Shown here in pieces: positions 1-8,364 of a stretch of DNA of 47,454 nucleotides. Each line of letters opens with the position of its first letter. Position 1 is the stretch's first letter. Both the position numbers and the translations under genes were made by a program. The stretch is taken from contig JAENWF010000164.1 in assembly GCA_016650215.1 (NCBI GenBank), positions 1-47,454 of the forward strand. The letters run 5' to 3'. The notes beneath the pieces are model-generated. The model saw only the letters and a list, made by a program, of their open reading frames with translations, did no database searches and was not told the DNA's origin. The DNA is from Thermoanaerobaculia bacterium (lineage in GTDB: Bacteria > Acidobacteriota > Thermoanaerobaculia > Gp7-AA8).

Positions 1-1317
1 AACTGCATCGCGCACGACCTCGGCGTTCAGATCCTTGATCGTGGCGAGGAGCTTCATCAGGCGCTCGAGTCCATAGACCTCTCCGGCAGCATTGCGTGAT
101 TCGTATACGCCATCGGAGTGCAGAACGAAGACATCGCCGCTGCGGAACTCGATCATGCGCGATGGGACTCTGTACGGAAGGCGGACACCGAGCGGCGGTG
201 CGAAGAGCTCGATGGCTTCGATCCCGCCCGCGGTTCGCACGATGACCGGTGGATGGCCGGCGCTCGCAATCGTCGCCTTCCGTGAGTTTCGATCGAGACG
301 AAGCACGGCGGCGGTCGCGAGCATCCGTCGCCGGCTCGTTTGAGCGACGAGGTCGTTCAGCCGTTGGAGCACGGACGCCGGATCTCCGAGGGAGTCGCGC
401 AGAAGAAAGAACCCGCTTCGGAGTGACGCGAGCACGATCCCGCTTCCGAGACCGTGTCCGGCGACATCGCCGCAGACAATCGATACGGTGTTCTCATCCA
501 CGAAGTAGTCGTAGTAGTCACCGCCGACTTCGGTCGCGGGAAGCGACGCGGCGGCGATGTCGAGCCAGTCGATCTCAGGCGCGCGCTCGGGGAGCATGCT
601 GAGCTGCACACCGCGAGCGAACTCCAGCTCGTCGCGCATGCGGAGCTGCTCGCGCGCCTGTTTCCGGCGCTCGCTCCACTCCTCGAGCGTCACGCGTCGC
701 AGCCGGCGGCTGATCGCGGCGCCGAGGAGGAATGTGAAGCCATGCATGATCACGATTACCGTGTACTCGGGTGTTTTCCGATCATCCGTTCCGCCGAGGA
801 TCAGCGAATTGAGAACCACCACAGCGATGATCGAAATGTGAATTGCCAGCCGGCGCGAGATCTCGAGATGAACGAAGATCAGAAGCCACGGGAACACCAT
901 CGCCCAGACGAGCCACGAATCGGAGTTGCTCGAGCGGTAGAACGTCAGGAGCGTGAACTCCGTGATCGCGAACGCGAGGACCCACGGTGTGAAGTTGCGC
1001 GCAAGCAGGTGAACCGGTAGTCGGGGGCGGAAACGCGCCCGTTTCCGCTGAGACCATGCGAGCTCCCCGAAAAACGCAGCCCCGGCCGACACAACGACGA
1101 TATGCACCAGAGAGACAGGAAGGAAGTGCGCGCCGGACTTCCTCGAGAAGAGCGCGGTCAGCACCTGGACGATCGCGATGAAGAACGTGATGGTCGAGAA
1201 AGTGCCCGCCCATCGGATGTTCCCCGCGTCGAAGCGGCGGCGGACCATCTCCTCGTCGGTCAATGTGGCGACCTGATCGAGAGTGAGTGCGTCGGACAGA
1301 TTCTGCGGTAGAGCCAT
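1..1317 (-). CDS. Membrane-associated PP2C/SpoIIE-family serine phosphatase (C-terminus runs off the window start)
   Basis: Absent from the ORF track because it has no stop inside the window. My reverse-strand translation from the ATG (CAT at 1315-1317) reads MALPQNLSDALTLDQVATL..., then several hydrophobic segments. It continues ...PATEVGGDYYDYFVDENTVSIVCGDVAGHGLGSGIVLASL...GDVFVLHSDGVYESRNAAGEVYGLERLMKLL. The GGDYYD, GDVAGHG and SDG motifs are typical of SpoIIE/PP2C. The frame was checked codon by codon at 1-200 and 421-540. Confidence 0.75.
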   Translation of the reverse strand, partial: MALPQNLSDALTLDQVATLTDEEMVRRRFDAGNIRWAGTFSTITFFIAIVQVLTALFSRKSGAHFLPVSLVHIVVVSAGAAFFGELAWSQRKRARFRPRLPVHLLARNFTPWVLAFAITEFTLLTFYRSSNSDSWLVWAMVFPWLLIFVHLEISRRLAIHISIIAVVVLNSLILGGTDDRKTPEYTVIVIMHGFTFLLGAAISRRLRRVTLEEWSERRKQAREQLRMRDELEFARGVQLSMLPERAPEIDWLDIAAASLPATEVGGDYYDYFVDENTVSIVCGDVAGHGLGSGIVLASLRSGFFLLRDSLGDPASVLQRLNDLVAQTSRRRMLATAAVLRLDRNSRKATIASAGHPPVIVRTAGGIEAIELFAPPLGVRLPYRVPSRMIEFRSGDVFVLHSDGVYESRNAAGEVYGLERLMKLLATIKDLNAEVVRDAV

Positions 1318-1393
1318 TCGTCTCTTGTTCGAGAATTCTCTCGTAATGTTTACCACGCGCAACCCATTCGCGTTCGAGCCGTAACACCACGGC

Positions 1394-2431
1394 ATGTCCC
1401 AACCCCTCGCCGCGTCGGCCCGCTCGATCACCGGTCTCGTTCTGCTGATCCTCACTCCCCTCGCGCTGGCGCAGGGCCCTGTTCTCCGCGCGCGCGTACA
1501 TCGTTCATTCGCACCGCACGAGGGCGTTCTACGCGAGGTCGCCTTCAGCCCCGACTCTCAGACGCTCGCGACAAGCGGCGCCGTCGACCGCACAGTCAAG
1601 CTCTGGCGGATTGCCGACGGAAAGCTCCAGCGCACACTCACGCATCCCGAAGGAGTCGCATCGATTGCGTTCAGCCGCGACGGGCAGTGGCTCGTAAGTG
1701 GCAGCTACGATCACGCGGTCAGGATCTGGCGGCTGCGAGACGGCGCGCTTGTACGCACGCTGAAGGGCCACGGTGGCACGGTGTGGTCCGTCGCGATCAG
1801 TCCCGATGGCCAGCGCATCGCGAGCGGGGGAGAGGACAAGACAGTTCGTATGTGGCGTGCGAGCGACGGCGGGGCTCTGCACGTGATGACGGGCCATACG
1901 CTGAATGTCTGGGCCGTGGGATTCAGTCCCGACGGCCTGCATGTGGGCAGCTCGAGTTTCGACAAGACGGTGAAGATCTGGCGCACCGGGACCGGCGCCT
2001 TGGTGCGCACATTGTCAGGACACGAAGAGGCCGTCGTGAGCATGGCGTTCAGCCCGAAGGGCGACCTCATCGCGAGCAGCGGCGATGATTCGACGGTGCG
2101 CCTCTGGCGCGTGAAGGACGGCGCGCAGGTCGCAAAGATGACAGGCGGCAGCGATCACATCTATTCGGTCGCCTTCAGTCCCGACGGCCAGTGGCTCGCG
2201 AGCGGCGGCCGCGAGAAGGGCGCCCTCGGCACGCTCTGGAAACAGATCGCAGGTCGCCGTCTCATCTCGCGCAGCCCGACGATCCGCCTCTGGCGCGTCC
2301 GCGACGGAAAACTGATTCAGGCTCTCGACGATCACACGAATGACGTCTGGTCGGTCGCGTTCAGTCCTGACGGAAAGTGGCTCGCCAGCAGCAGCGAAGA
2401 CGGCAGCGTGAAGCTATGGCGCCTTCAGTGA
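1394..2431 (+). CDS. Exported WD40-repeat beta-propeller protein
   Basis: 345-aa ORF with a signal-like N-terminus (LVLLILTPLALAQG). About seven repeats of the WD40 pattern follow (V.SVAFSPDGQ.LASGS.DKTV+LWR). Confidence 0.9.
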   Translation: MSQPLAASARSITGLVLLILTPLALAQGPVLRARVHRSFAPHEGVLREVAFSPDSQTLATSGAVDRTVKLWRIADGKLQRTLTHPEGVASIAFSRDGQWLVSGSYDHAVRIWRLRDGALVRTLKGHGGTVWSVAISPDGQRIASGGEDKTVRMWRASDGGALHVMTGHTLNVWAVGFSPDGLHVGSSSFDKTVKIWRTGTGALVRTLSGHEEAVVSMAFSPKGDLIASSGDDSTVRLWRVKDGAQVAKMTGGSDHIYSVAFSPDGQWLASGGREKGALGTLWKQIAGRRLISRSPTIRLWRVRDGKLIQALDDHTNDVWSVAFSPDGKWLASSSEDGSVKLWRLQ

Positions 2432-2432
2432 T

Positions 2433-2638
2433 GGGGTCAGGTCTTGATTTTTGCGTTTGGAGACGGTGAAAGAGCAAAAATCAAGACCTGACCCCCACTC
2501 GGCGTAGAAGATTTCGGCCAGTTCTGTCGCCTTTGAGCCCGCGATTTCCACCGCTTGTGGAGTTGTAGAGAGAACGGGGTCAGGTCTTGATTTTTGCGTT
2601 TGGAGACAGTGGAGAAGCAAAAATCAAGACCTGACCCC
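2433..2638. repeat. Composite double-hairpin element, copy 1 (two 63-bp perfect-stem hairpins separated by an 80-nt spacer)
   Basis: GGGGTCAGGTCTTGATTTTTGC (19-nt loop) GCAAAAATCAAGACCTGACCCC occurs at 2433-2495 and again at 2576-2638. The whole unit recurs in inverted orientation at 25460-25665. Confidence 0.9.
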
Positions 2639-3322
2639 GAGAAGCCACGCGGGAAGGTCGCGAATCGACGAGAGCTTCTCGATTGCTCGACCCCCGATCT
2701 CCGCATCATCGACATGCTCGTGCGCCCACGTTGTCTGATACGGAATGTGCACTGCTCGGGCTCCCGCTTCGAGTGCCGGGAGAATGTCGGAGCGGAGTGA
2801 GTTGCCGACCATGAGAAAGCGCGCGGGGTCGACGCCGGACTTGGTGATGATCGAGCGGTACGTCTGCGCGTTCTTGTTGCTCACGATTTCTACGGCGGAG
2901 AAGTGCTCGCCGAGGGCCGACCGGGCGAGCTTTGATTCCTGATCGAAGAGGTCGCCTTTCGTCAGCAGCATCAATCGATGCCGGCCGGCGAGCTCTCCGA
3001 TCGTCTCCGCGACCCCATCGAGCAACTCTACCGGAGCATGCAGCATCTCGTGACCCCAGTCGATGATGGTCCGGATGTCCGCGCCGCGAATCTCCCCCTC
3101 GGTGAGCTCTACGGCGGTCTCGATCATCGAGAGGATGAAGCCTTTCACGCCGTAGCCAAAATGCGCGAGATTGCGCATCTCGGTCTCGAAGAGCCGGGCG
3201 CGCGTCAGATCCTCGGGATGGTAGTGGGCGAGCAGCGCGGCGAACTGCGCCTCGGTTGCCTGGAAACGAGTCTCGTTGTGCCAGAGAGTGTCATCGGCGT
3301 CGAAGGCGATGATGTCGATCAT
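2624..3322 (-). CDS. HAD-superfamily hydrolase
   Basis: N-terminal HAD motif I (IIAFDADDTLW). Later motifs LLTKGD and MVGNSLRSD are present. 232 aa. Confidence 0.85.
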   Translation of the reverse strand: MIDIIAFDADDTLWHNETRFQATEAQFAALLAHYHPEDLTRARLFETEMRNLAHFGYGVKGFILSMIETAVELTEGEIRGADIRTIIDWGHEMLHAPVELLDGVAETIGELAGRHRLMLLTKGDLFDQESKLARSALGEHFSAVEIVSNKNAQTYRSIITKSGVDPARFLMVGNSLRSDILPALEAGARAVHIPYQTTWAHEHVDDAEIGGRAIEKLSSIRDLPAWLLGVRS

Positions 3323-3335
3323 CGTCGCGGCACGC

Positions 3336-4451
3336 TCAGCGGACGGTGACGGACGAGTCCACGTCCTTTTTCCAGCCGAGCATTCCGCCGGCGAGGTTTT
3401 TTACCTTCTTGTAGCCGTTGCTCATGAGGAACTGCTGCGCGCGCGCGCTGCGTCCACCCGAGCGGCAGATCATGATGATCTCCGCATCGGCCGGAATCTC
3501 AGTAGCCCGAGCGGGAACCTGCTGCAGCGGAATGTGCATCGCGAGTTCGAGATGTCCGCCGTCCCATTCGTGTGGCTCGCGCACGTCGACAAGGACCATC
3601 TTGTCCCCACGCGAGATCCGTTCGGAAAGTTCAGATGCTGTGATGTCGAGCTCGTTCACTGGATTGCAGAACTCCTCGTAGTCAATCAGTTCGCGGATCG
3701 TTCGTTTCGGTCCGCAGAGTCTGCATTCTGCATTCTTTGCAAGCCGCACGGTGCGGAAACTCATCGCGAGCGCGTCGAACATCAGCAGCCTTCCGATGAG
3801 CGGCTCCCCAACGTCTGCGATCAGCTTGATTGCCTCGGCTGCCTGAATGGTGCCGATGATTCCCGGCAGCACGCCGAGAACGCCTCCTTCAGCGCACGAC
3901 GGAACGAGATGCGCCGGCGGCGGCTCCGGATAGAGACAGCGGTAGCAGGGACCGCGCCGCGTGTCGAAGACCGATGCTTGTCCTTCGAAGCGGTAAACAG
4001 AACCGTATACGTTCGGCTTGCCGAGGAGCGCGCAGGCGTCGTTGACCAGATAGCGTGTCGGAAAGTTGTCGGTGCCGTCGACGACGACGTCGTAAGGCTC
4101 GAGTAACTGCAGTGCATTGCGCGAAGAGAGCGCCTCGTTGAACGTCTCGACTCGCACGTGCGGATTCAGATCGCCGAGGCGCTCGCGCGCGGCATCGAGC
4201 TTTCGCTTGCCGACCGACGACTCGCCATAGAGGATCTGGCGCTGCAGGTTCGAGGAGTCAACGCGATCGAAGTCTGCGAGTCCGATGCGCCCGACGCCGG
4301 CGGCGGCCAGGTACATCGCGACCGGACTGCCGAGTCCTCCCGCGCCGACGATAAAGACCGACGCGGATCGCAGCTTGCGCTGTCCCGCCTCGCCGATCTC
4401 CGGCAGAACCAGGTGCCGCGCGTAGCGGGAGCGCTCGGAGTCGGTGAGCAT
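3336..4451 (-). CDS. moeB: MoeB/ThiF-family adenylyltransferase with C-terminal rhodanese domain (MoeZ/MoeBR type)
   Basis: RYARHLVLPEIGEAGQRKL and the nucleotide loop VGAGGLGSP are present, along with CYRCLYPEPP and a second Cys pair. The C-terminal rhodanese part carries the CRSGGRS active-site loop. Confidence 0.88.
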   Translation of the reverse strand: MLTDSERSRYARHLVLPEIGEAGQRKLRSASVFIVGAGGLGSPVAMYLAAAGVGRIGLADFDRVDSSNLQRQILYGESSVGKRKLDAARERLGDLNPHVRVETFNEALSSRNALQLLEPYDVVVDGTDNFPTRYLVNDACALLGKPNVYGSVYRFEGQASVFDTRRGPCYRCLYPEPPPAHLVPSCAEGGVLGVLPGIIGTIQAAEAIKLIADVGEPLIGRLLMFDALAMSFRTVRLAKNAECRLCGPKRTIRELIDYEEFCNPVNELDITASELSERISRGDKMVLVDVREPHEWDGGHLELAMHIPLQQVPARATEIPADAEIIMICRSGGRSARAQQFLMSNGYKKVKNLAGGMLGWKKDVDSSVTVR

Positions 4452-4457
4452 GATTGG

Positions 4458-4904
4458 TTAGGGCAGGAGTCGCGCGACGATCTCCTGAATCTTCTTTCCG
4501 TCGGCGCGTCCTTTGTATCGAGCCGAGGCTTCCTTCATGACTTTGCCGAGATCTTTCTTCGACTGCGCGCCCGTCGAGGCGACGATCTCGCGCAGGCCTG
4601 ACTCGAGCTCGGCGTCGGAAAGCTCGGCGGGGAGATACGTCTTGAGGAGCTTCATCTCCGACTCTTCCTTTGCGGCGAGCTCGGTGCGGTTGGCTTTCGT
4701 GTACTGCTCGATGGAGTCGAGGCGCTGCTTCACAGCTTTGCGGATGACGGCAAACGCCTCGTCATCGCCGAGCTCATGACCGGCGCTGATCTGCTCGTAT
4801 TTGAGCGACGACTGCAGCATGCGAAGCGTCGAAGTCCGCTCCGCATCACGCGCCTTCATCGACTCGGTGAGGTCCGCGCGGATCTGTTCAGTCAGCTTGC
4901 CCAT
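4458..4904 (-). CDS. GatB/YqeY domain-containing protein
   Basis: Track ORF 4458-4958 trimmed to Met19 (CAT 4902-4904), which is preceded by GGGAGA. MGKLTEQIRADLTESMKARD...KDLGKVMKEA is typical of the YqeY family. Confidence 0.8.
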   Translation of the reverse strand: MGKLTEQIRADLTESMKARDAERTSTLRMLQSSLKYEQISAGHELGDDEAFAVIRKAVKQRLDSIEQYTKANRTELAAKEESEMKLLKTYLPAELSDAELESGLREIVASTGAQSKKDLGKVMKEASARYKGRADGKKIQEIVARLLP

Positions 4905-5038
4905 TGGCTCAAGTCTCCCAGGGCGCATTCTATTCGGGAGCGCGATCTCGCGGGACACGCGGGCCGGTGATGGCCGGCACCTGCACTGAAGAAGAGTTGC
5001 TTCAGTCTTGGCGGAATTGTTTAGTGTTGAAATCCGTC

Positions 5039-7222
5039 ATGAATCCCGTGTTCAGGATCAAAACCACCTTTGCAGCGCTCGCCCTCTCCATTGGTCTTCT
5101 TGGAACGGCGTGGGCCGGATCAGAGATCCCGCTCACCCCAGCTGCCATCGGGCCCGCGGACAGTCGGCAGGGAAGCCCGAACGTTGCCACTGACGGCAGA
5201 GACTTTCTTGCTGCGTGGATTGATTCGCGTGGGATCTATGCGACGCGAGTGAGCTCTGCCGGAGAAGTCCTCGACGGGACCGGGATTCGGATTCCCATTA
5301 ACCCGCTTGCGTGGAACCCTTCTATCGTCGCGGTGCTCTGGACCGGCGAGACGTACGCCATCATCCACACATACCAGATGTATCAGCGTACCCTCACGCT
5401 GGTCGCGCGCGTCTCGCGGTTCGGCGAGTGGGCCGATGGGCCGCGGGTGATTCTCGAGCGGGTACCGTATGCGGCAGCGAGCAACGGACGGCTCGTGGTG
5501 ATCTCGACCGATCGGGAGATCTACGTCACCGACTCCGAGTTCCAGGATTTTCGGAGGATCGCGCTGAGCTCAGGTGCCAGAGAGCAACTCGCCGCGTCGA
5601 ACGGCTCGACATTCCTCGTCGCCACGAACTCGCCCGCCGAAGTGCCGAACTGGGTGGATCTCACGCCGATCGACGCGACGGGAGAGGCGGGAGTGACCTC
5701 GCGCGACAAGGCCGTTTCCCGAATTACGTTCCTTGTCTCCGCAGGCGAGGATTACCTGCTGCGCCTGGAGGATTCGACCGGCAGCAGACTCCTCCGCATT
5801 GCACCGGATGGCACGGTCAAGAGCGTCGTTGCTCTTCCGAATGCATCCGCGATCATCAACACGAGCGCGGTCTTCGTCCAGGAGCGATTCCTCCTCATGA
5901 CAGGACTAAGGAGGGATTCTTTCGATGTCGTGATCACGCTCAATGCCGTGGACGGAACCCTCAACCAGCCGGAGACCGTTCTGCAGCCTGGCCGGCCGGG
6001 TTTCGCGCAGTCCCCGAAAATCGCCTGGAACGGCAGCCGCGCACTGGTGGTCTGGACGGACCCAACGGAGTCGCGCGTGATTGGAGTCATCGCCGGTCCG
6101 GACGCGCAGCCGAAAACCGCGCCATTCCATCTCGCGAGATCCGCAGCCCGCCAGCACTCGACGGTGATCGCGACCGGAGGCGAGTACGACCTTGTTGCGT
6201 GGATCGAGCGCTCCGAGGCGCGTGCGGTTCTCGTCGATGCAGCCGGCCAACCGAGGGGTGACAGCGTCCGGATCGCCACGGCAGACGGCTCGTCCGTGAT
6301 TTCGAACCTCCAACTACTCTTCGACGGCAGCGAATACGTGATGTTCTGGAAGACGAACGGCGGAGTGTTCTCGAAGAGGATCGACGATGCGACCGGACTG
6401 CCGCAGGATCCGGTCTTGAGTGCCGGCGCCTGGACTTCGTTCCACGTCGTGCGCACCGATGATGGGCTCTTCTTGTTTGGCGAACGCAACTCGATGGTGT
6501 GGGTCGTGCCACTCCCCCGTTCCGGAGGGTTGCCGGGAGATGCTGTTGCAATCTCGCCGTCGGGCATGCTTGCGACGAACCCGCGAGCCGCGTGGAATGG
6601 CAGCGAGTGGCTGGTCGTCTGGCACGAGCTCGTCAAAGTCGACGACTACCAGTTCTATCCGATCTATCAGGTGAGTGTGCTCGCGCGCCGGGTGTCGAGA
6701 GGGCTTGTGCCGCTCGAGATAGAGCCGATCGGGATCGCGAGGCGCACCTTTTCCGCTCTGCCGGTGCCGCCCCAGGTTTCGACCGATGGAGTGGATTTCG
6801 TCGTTGCATGGACGCAAACGGTGCTCGTAAATGACTCGCCGGCCGGCCTGCTCGCGCGACACGTCCCTGCACGCGGATCGCCGGGCAAGCCCAACCTTGT
6901 CGTGCCCGGCACGTTTCTGGACGCCCACGCCATGGTCTGGGACGGGAGGCGCTACGCGATTGGATTCGCCCATGAGGAGTACACCCTCCCGAGCGATCTT
7001 TTCCTCACGTACGCGGGACCGGACGGCGCCGGTAGCGGCGTGAAGCTGGCGATCAGCGCAACCCCCGAGCAGGATGTGTATCTCTCGCTCGTGGCCCGCG
7101 GTCCAGGCCTCATCCGTTTGGCTTACTCGCGCACGGTCATCGAGCCAGAGTACGGTGGAGTTCTCCGTGCGTTCCTCCGCGACATCGATCCTCCGCGTCG
7201 CCGGGCTGTGGTCGCGCGATGA
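5039..7222 (+). CDS. Secreted repeat protein of unknown function (propeller-like W-rich repeats)
   Basis: Track ORF 4904-7222 trimmed to the ATG at 5039, which opens a clear signal peptide (MNPVFRIKTTFAALALSIGLLGTAWA). A motif recurs along the protein: DFLAAWID, ALVVWTD, DLVAWIE, YVMFWKT, WLVVWHE, DFVVAWTQ. Confidence 0.7.
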   Translation: MNPVFRIKTTFAALALSIGLLGTAWAGSEIPLTPAAIGPADSRQGSPNVATDGRDFLAAWIDSRGIYATRVSSAGEVLDGTGIRIPINPLAWNPSIVAVLWTGETYAIIHTYQMYQRTLTLVARVSRFGEWADGPRVILERVPYAAASNGRLVVISTDREIYVTDSEFQDFRRIALSSGAREQLAASNGSTFLVATNSPAEVPNWVDLTPIDATGEAGVTSRDKAVSRITFLVSAGEDYLLRLEDSTGSRLLRIAPDGTVKSVVALPNASAIINTSAVFVQERFLLMTGLRRDSFDVVITLNAVDGTLNQPETVLQPGRPGFAQSPKIAWNGSRALVVWTDPTESRVIGVIAGPDAQPKTAPFHLARSAARQHSTVIATGGEYDLVAWIERSEARAVLVDAAGQPRGDSVRIATADGSSVISNLQLLFDGSEYVMFWKTNGGVFSKRIDDATGLPQDPVLSAGAWTSFHVVRTDDGLFLFGERNSMVWVVPLPRSGGLPGDAVAISPSGMLATNPRAAWNGSEWLVVWHELVKVDDYQFYPIYQVSVLARRVSRGLVPLEIEPIGIARRTFSALPVPPQVSTDGVDFVVAWTQTVLVNDSPAGLLARHVPARGSPGKPNLVVPGTFLDAHAMVWDGRRYAIGFAHEEYTLPSDLFLTYAGPDGAGSGVKLAISATPEQDVYLSLVARGPGLIRLAYSRTVIEPEYGGVLRAFLRDIDPPRRRAVVAR

Positions 7223-7244
7223 CTCTTCGGATATTCTCGCGTCG

Positions 7245-7826
7245 ATGGCTCTCGACGTTCTCTCGCTGCTGAACAAGACTGGCGCTCTGCTGCAGGGGCA
7301 CTTCCGGCTCTCGTCGGGTCTGCATAGTCCGAACTACGTGCAATGCGCTCTGCTGCTGCAGCAGCCGCGCAATGCGAAAGCCCTCGGCGAGGCGCTGGCC
7401 AACCGGATCAAGACGATGCGCGGCGAGAAAGTGGTCGCGCCGGCCCTCGGCGGACTGGTGATCGGATACGTGGTGGCCGAGGCTCTCGATGTGCCGATGG
7501 TCTTCACCGAGCGCAAAGATGGGGAGATGACGCTGCGGCGCGGCTTTCGGATTGCGCAGGGCGAGCGCGTCGTGATCGTCGAAGACGTCGTGACGACGGG
7601 CAAGTCGACGCGCGAGACTGCGAAGGTGATCGCATCGCATGGCGGCCTCGTGTTCGGATTCGCTTCGATTCTCAATCGGAGCGGCAAGGCGAACCCGTTC
7701 GACGCGCCCTATGAGTCGCTGCTCGAGATGGCGCTCGAGACCTGGGAAGAATCCGATTGCCCGCTTTGCCGCAGCGGCGTCGAGATCCACTCGCCCGGCA
7801 GCCGCTACTCCGCAAAGTCCGCATGA
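7245..7826 (+). CDS. pyrE: Orotate phosphoribosyltransferase
   Basis: Track ORF trimmed to the ATG at 7245 (MALDVLSLLNKTGALLQGHFRLSSGLHS). PRPP-binding loop VVIVEDVVTTGKST is present. Confidence 0.9.
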   Translation: MALDVLSLLNKTGALLQGHFRLSSGLHSPNYVQCALLLQQPRNAKALGEALANRIKTMRGEKVVAPALGGLVIGYVVAEALDVPMVFTERKDGEMTLRRGFRIAQGERVVIVEDVVTTGKSTRETAKVIASHGGLVFGFASILNRSGKANPFDAPYESLLEMALETWEESDCPLCRSGVEIHSPGSRYSAKSA

Positions 7827-8305
7827 GCGAGAAAGTCATCACGATCGGCGGCGAGCAGCACGAGCTGAACGTCGAGCGCGCCGGGGATGCCGTCCGCGCG
7901 GGCGAGTTGCTCGTCGAAATCGTCAGCGTGCGCGCCGAAGAGGCCGAGCTGCGGATCGCCGGGAAGACGTACATGGTTCCGTTCGCGTTCGAGGGAACGC
8001 GCATCCATTTCGCGTTCGACGGTGAGATCTACACCGCGGACGTGGCCGAGAAAGGCGCGAGAGTCCGGGCCAGGCACCGCGACCACTCGATGAGCGCGCC
8101 GATGCCCGGCGTCGTGCTGAAAATATTGGTTGCCCCGGGCGATGTTGTTTCGAAGGGAGCGCCGCTCGTGGTGCTCGAGGCGATGAAGATGGAGCACCAG
8201 ATTCACGCACCGCAGGACGGAAAAGTGACCGCGATCAACTGCCGGGAGGGAGAACTGGTGCAGCCTGGTCTCGATCTCGTGGAGCTGGCTCCGGTCGACG
8301 GTTAA
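7823..8305 (+). CDS. Biotin/lipoyl attachment domain protein (stand-alone biotin carboxyl carrier-like)
   Basis: The ATG at 7823 overlaps the pyrE stop (ATGA). The C-terminal domain carries the biotinylation motif LEAMKMEH. Confidence 0.8.
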   Translation: MSEKVITIGGEQHELNVERAGDAVRAGELLVEIVSVRAEEAELRIAGKTYMVPFAFEGTRIHFAFDGEIYTADVAEKGARVRARHRDHSMSAPMPGVVLKILVAPGDVVSKGAPLVVLEAMKMEHQIHAPQDGKVTAINCREGELVQPGLDLVELAPVDG

Positions 8306-8364
8306 CGATTACCGGTTAACGTCGTACTTATACACGACTGTTAACCGTTAACCGTTAACCGTTA
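8300..8364. repeat. GTTAACC heptamer array forming an imperfect hairpin
   Basis: GGTTAACGATTACCGGTTAACG, then a loop, then CTGTTAACCGTTAACCGTTAACCGTT. It includes the upstream stop codon and ends at the HMG-CoA lyase ATG. Confidence 0.85.

Noticed and set aside
782-1501. 239-aa minus-strand track ORF
   Set aside because: Its composition is Arg/Gly-rich and off-frame. It overlaps both the PP2C phosphatase gene that I translated in another frame (1-1317) and the start of the WD40 gene.
2433-2638. Possible mini-CRISPR array (identical 22-nt sequences spaced regularly, also at 25460-25665)
   Set aside because: The repeats are arranged as inverted pairs forming hairpins, not as direct repeats. 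There are only two units per locus. The spacer is itself conserved between the two loci, and no cas genes are present.
2414-2800. Small ORFs across the hairpin element (2414-2620, 2437-2715, 2594-2800; likewise 25332-25690 and 25621-26079 at copy 2), giving KSRPDP / KNQDLTP peptides
   Set aside because: The recurring peptides are just translations of the palindromic 22-nt arms in both directions. The ORFs have no RBS, and part of each overlaps real genes.
4905-5038. N-terminal 45-aa extension of the track ORF 4904-7222
   Set aside because: It would overlap the divergent yqeY start region and precede the obvious signal peptide that begins at the ATG at 5039.
5311-7276. ORFs 5311-6261 (+), 5752-6636 (-), 6087-6551 (-), 6314-7276 (-)
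   Set aside because: All overlap the secreted repeat protein gene in other frames and have Arg-rich composition. The chosen frame has a signal peptide and an internally repeated motif.
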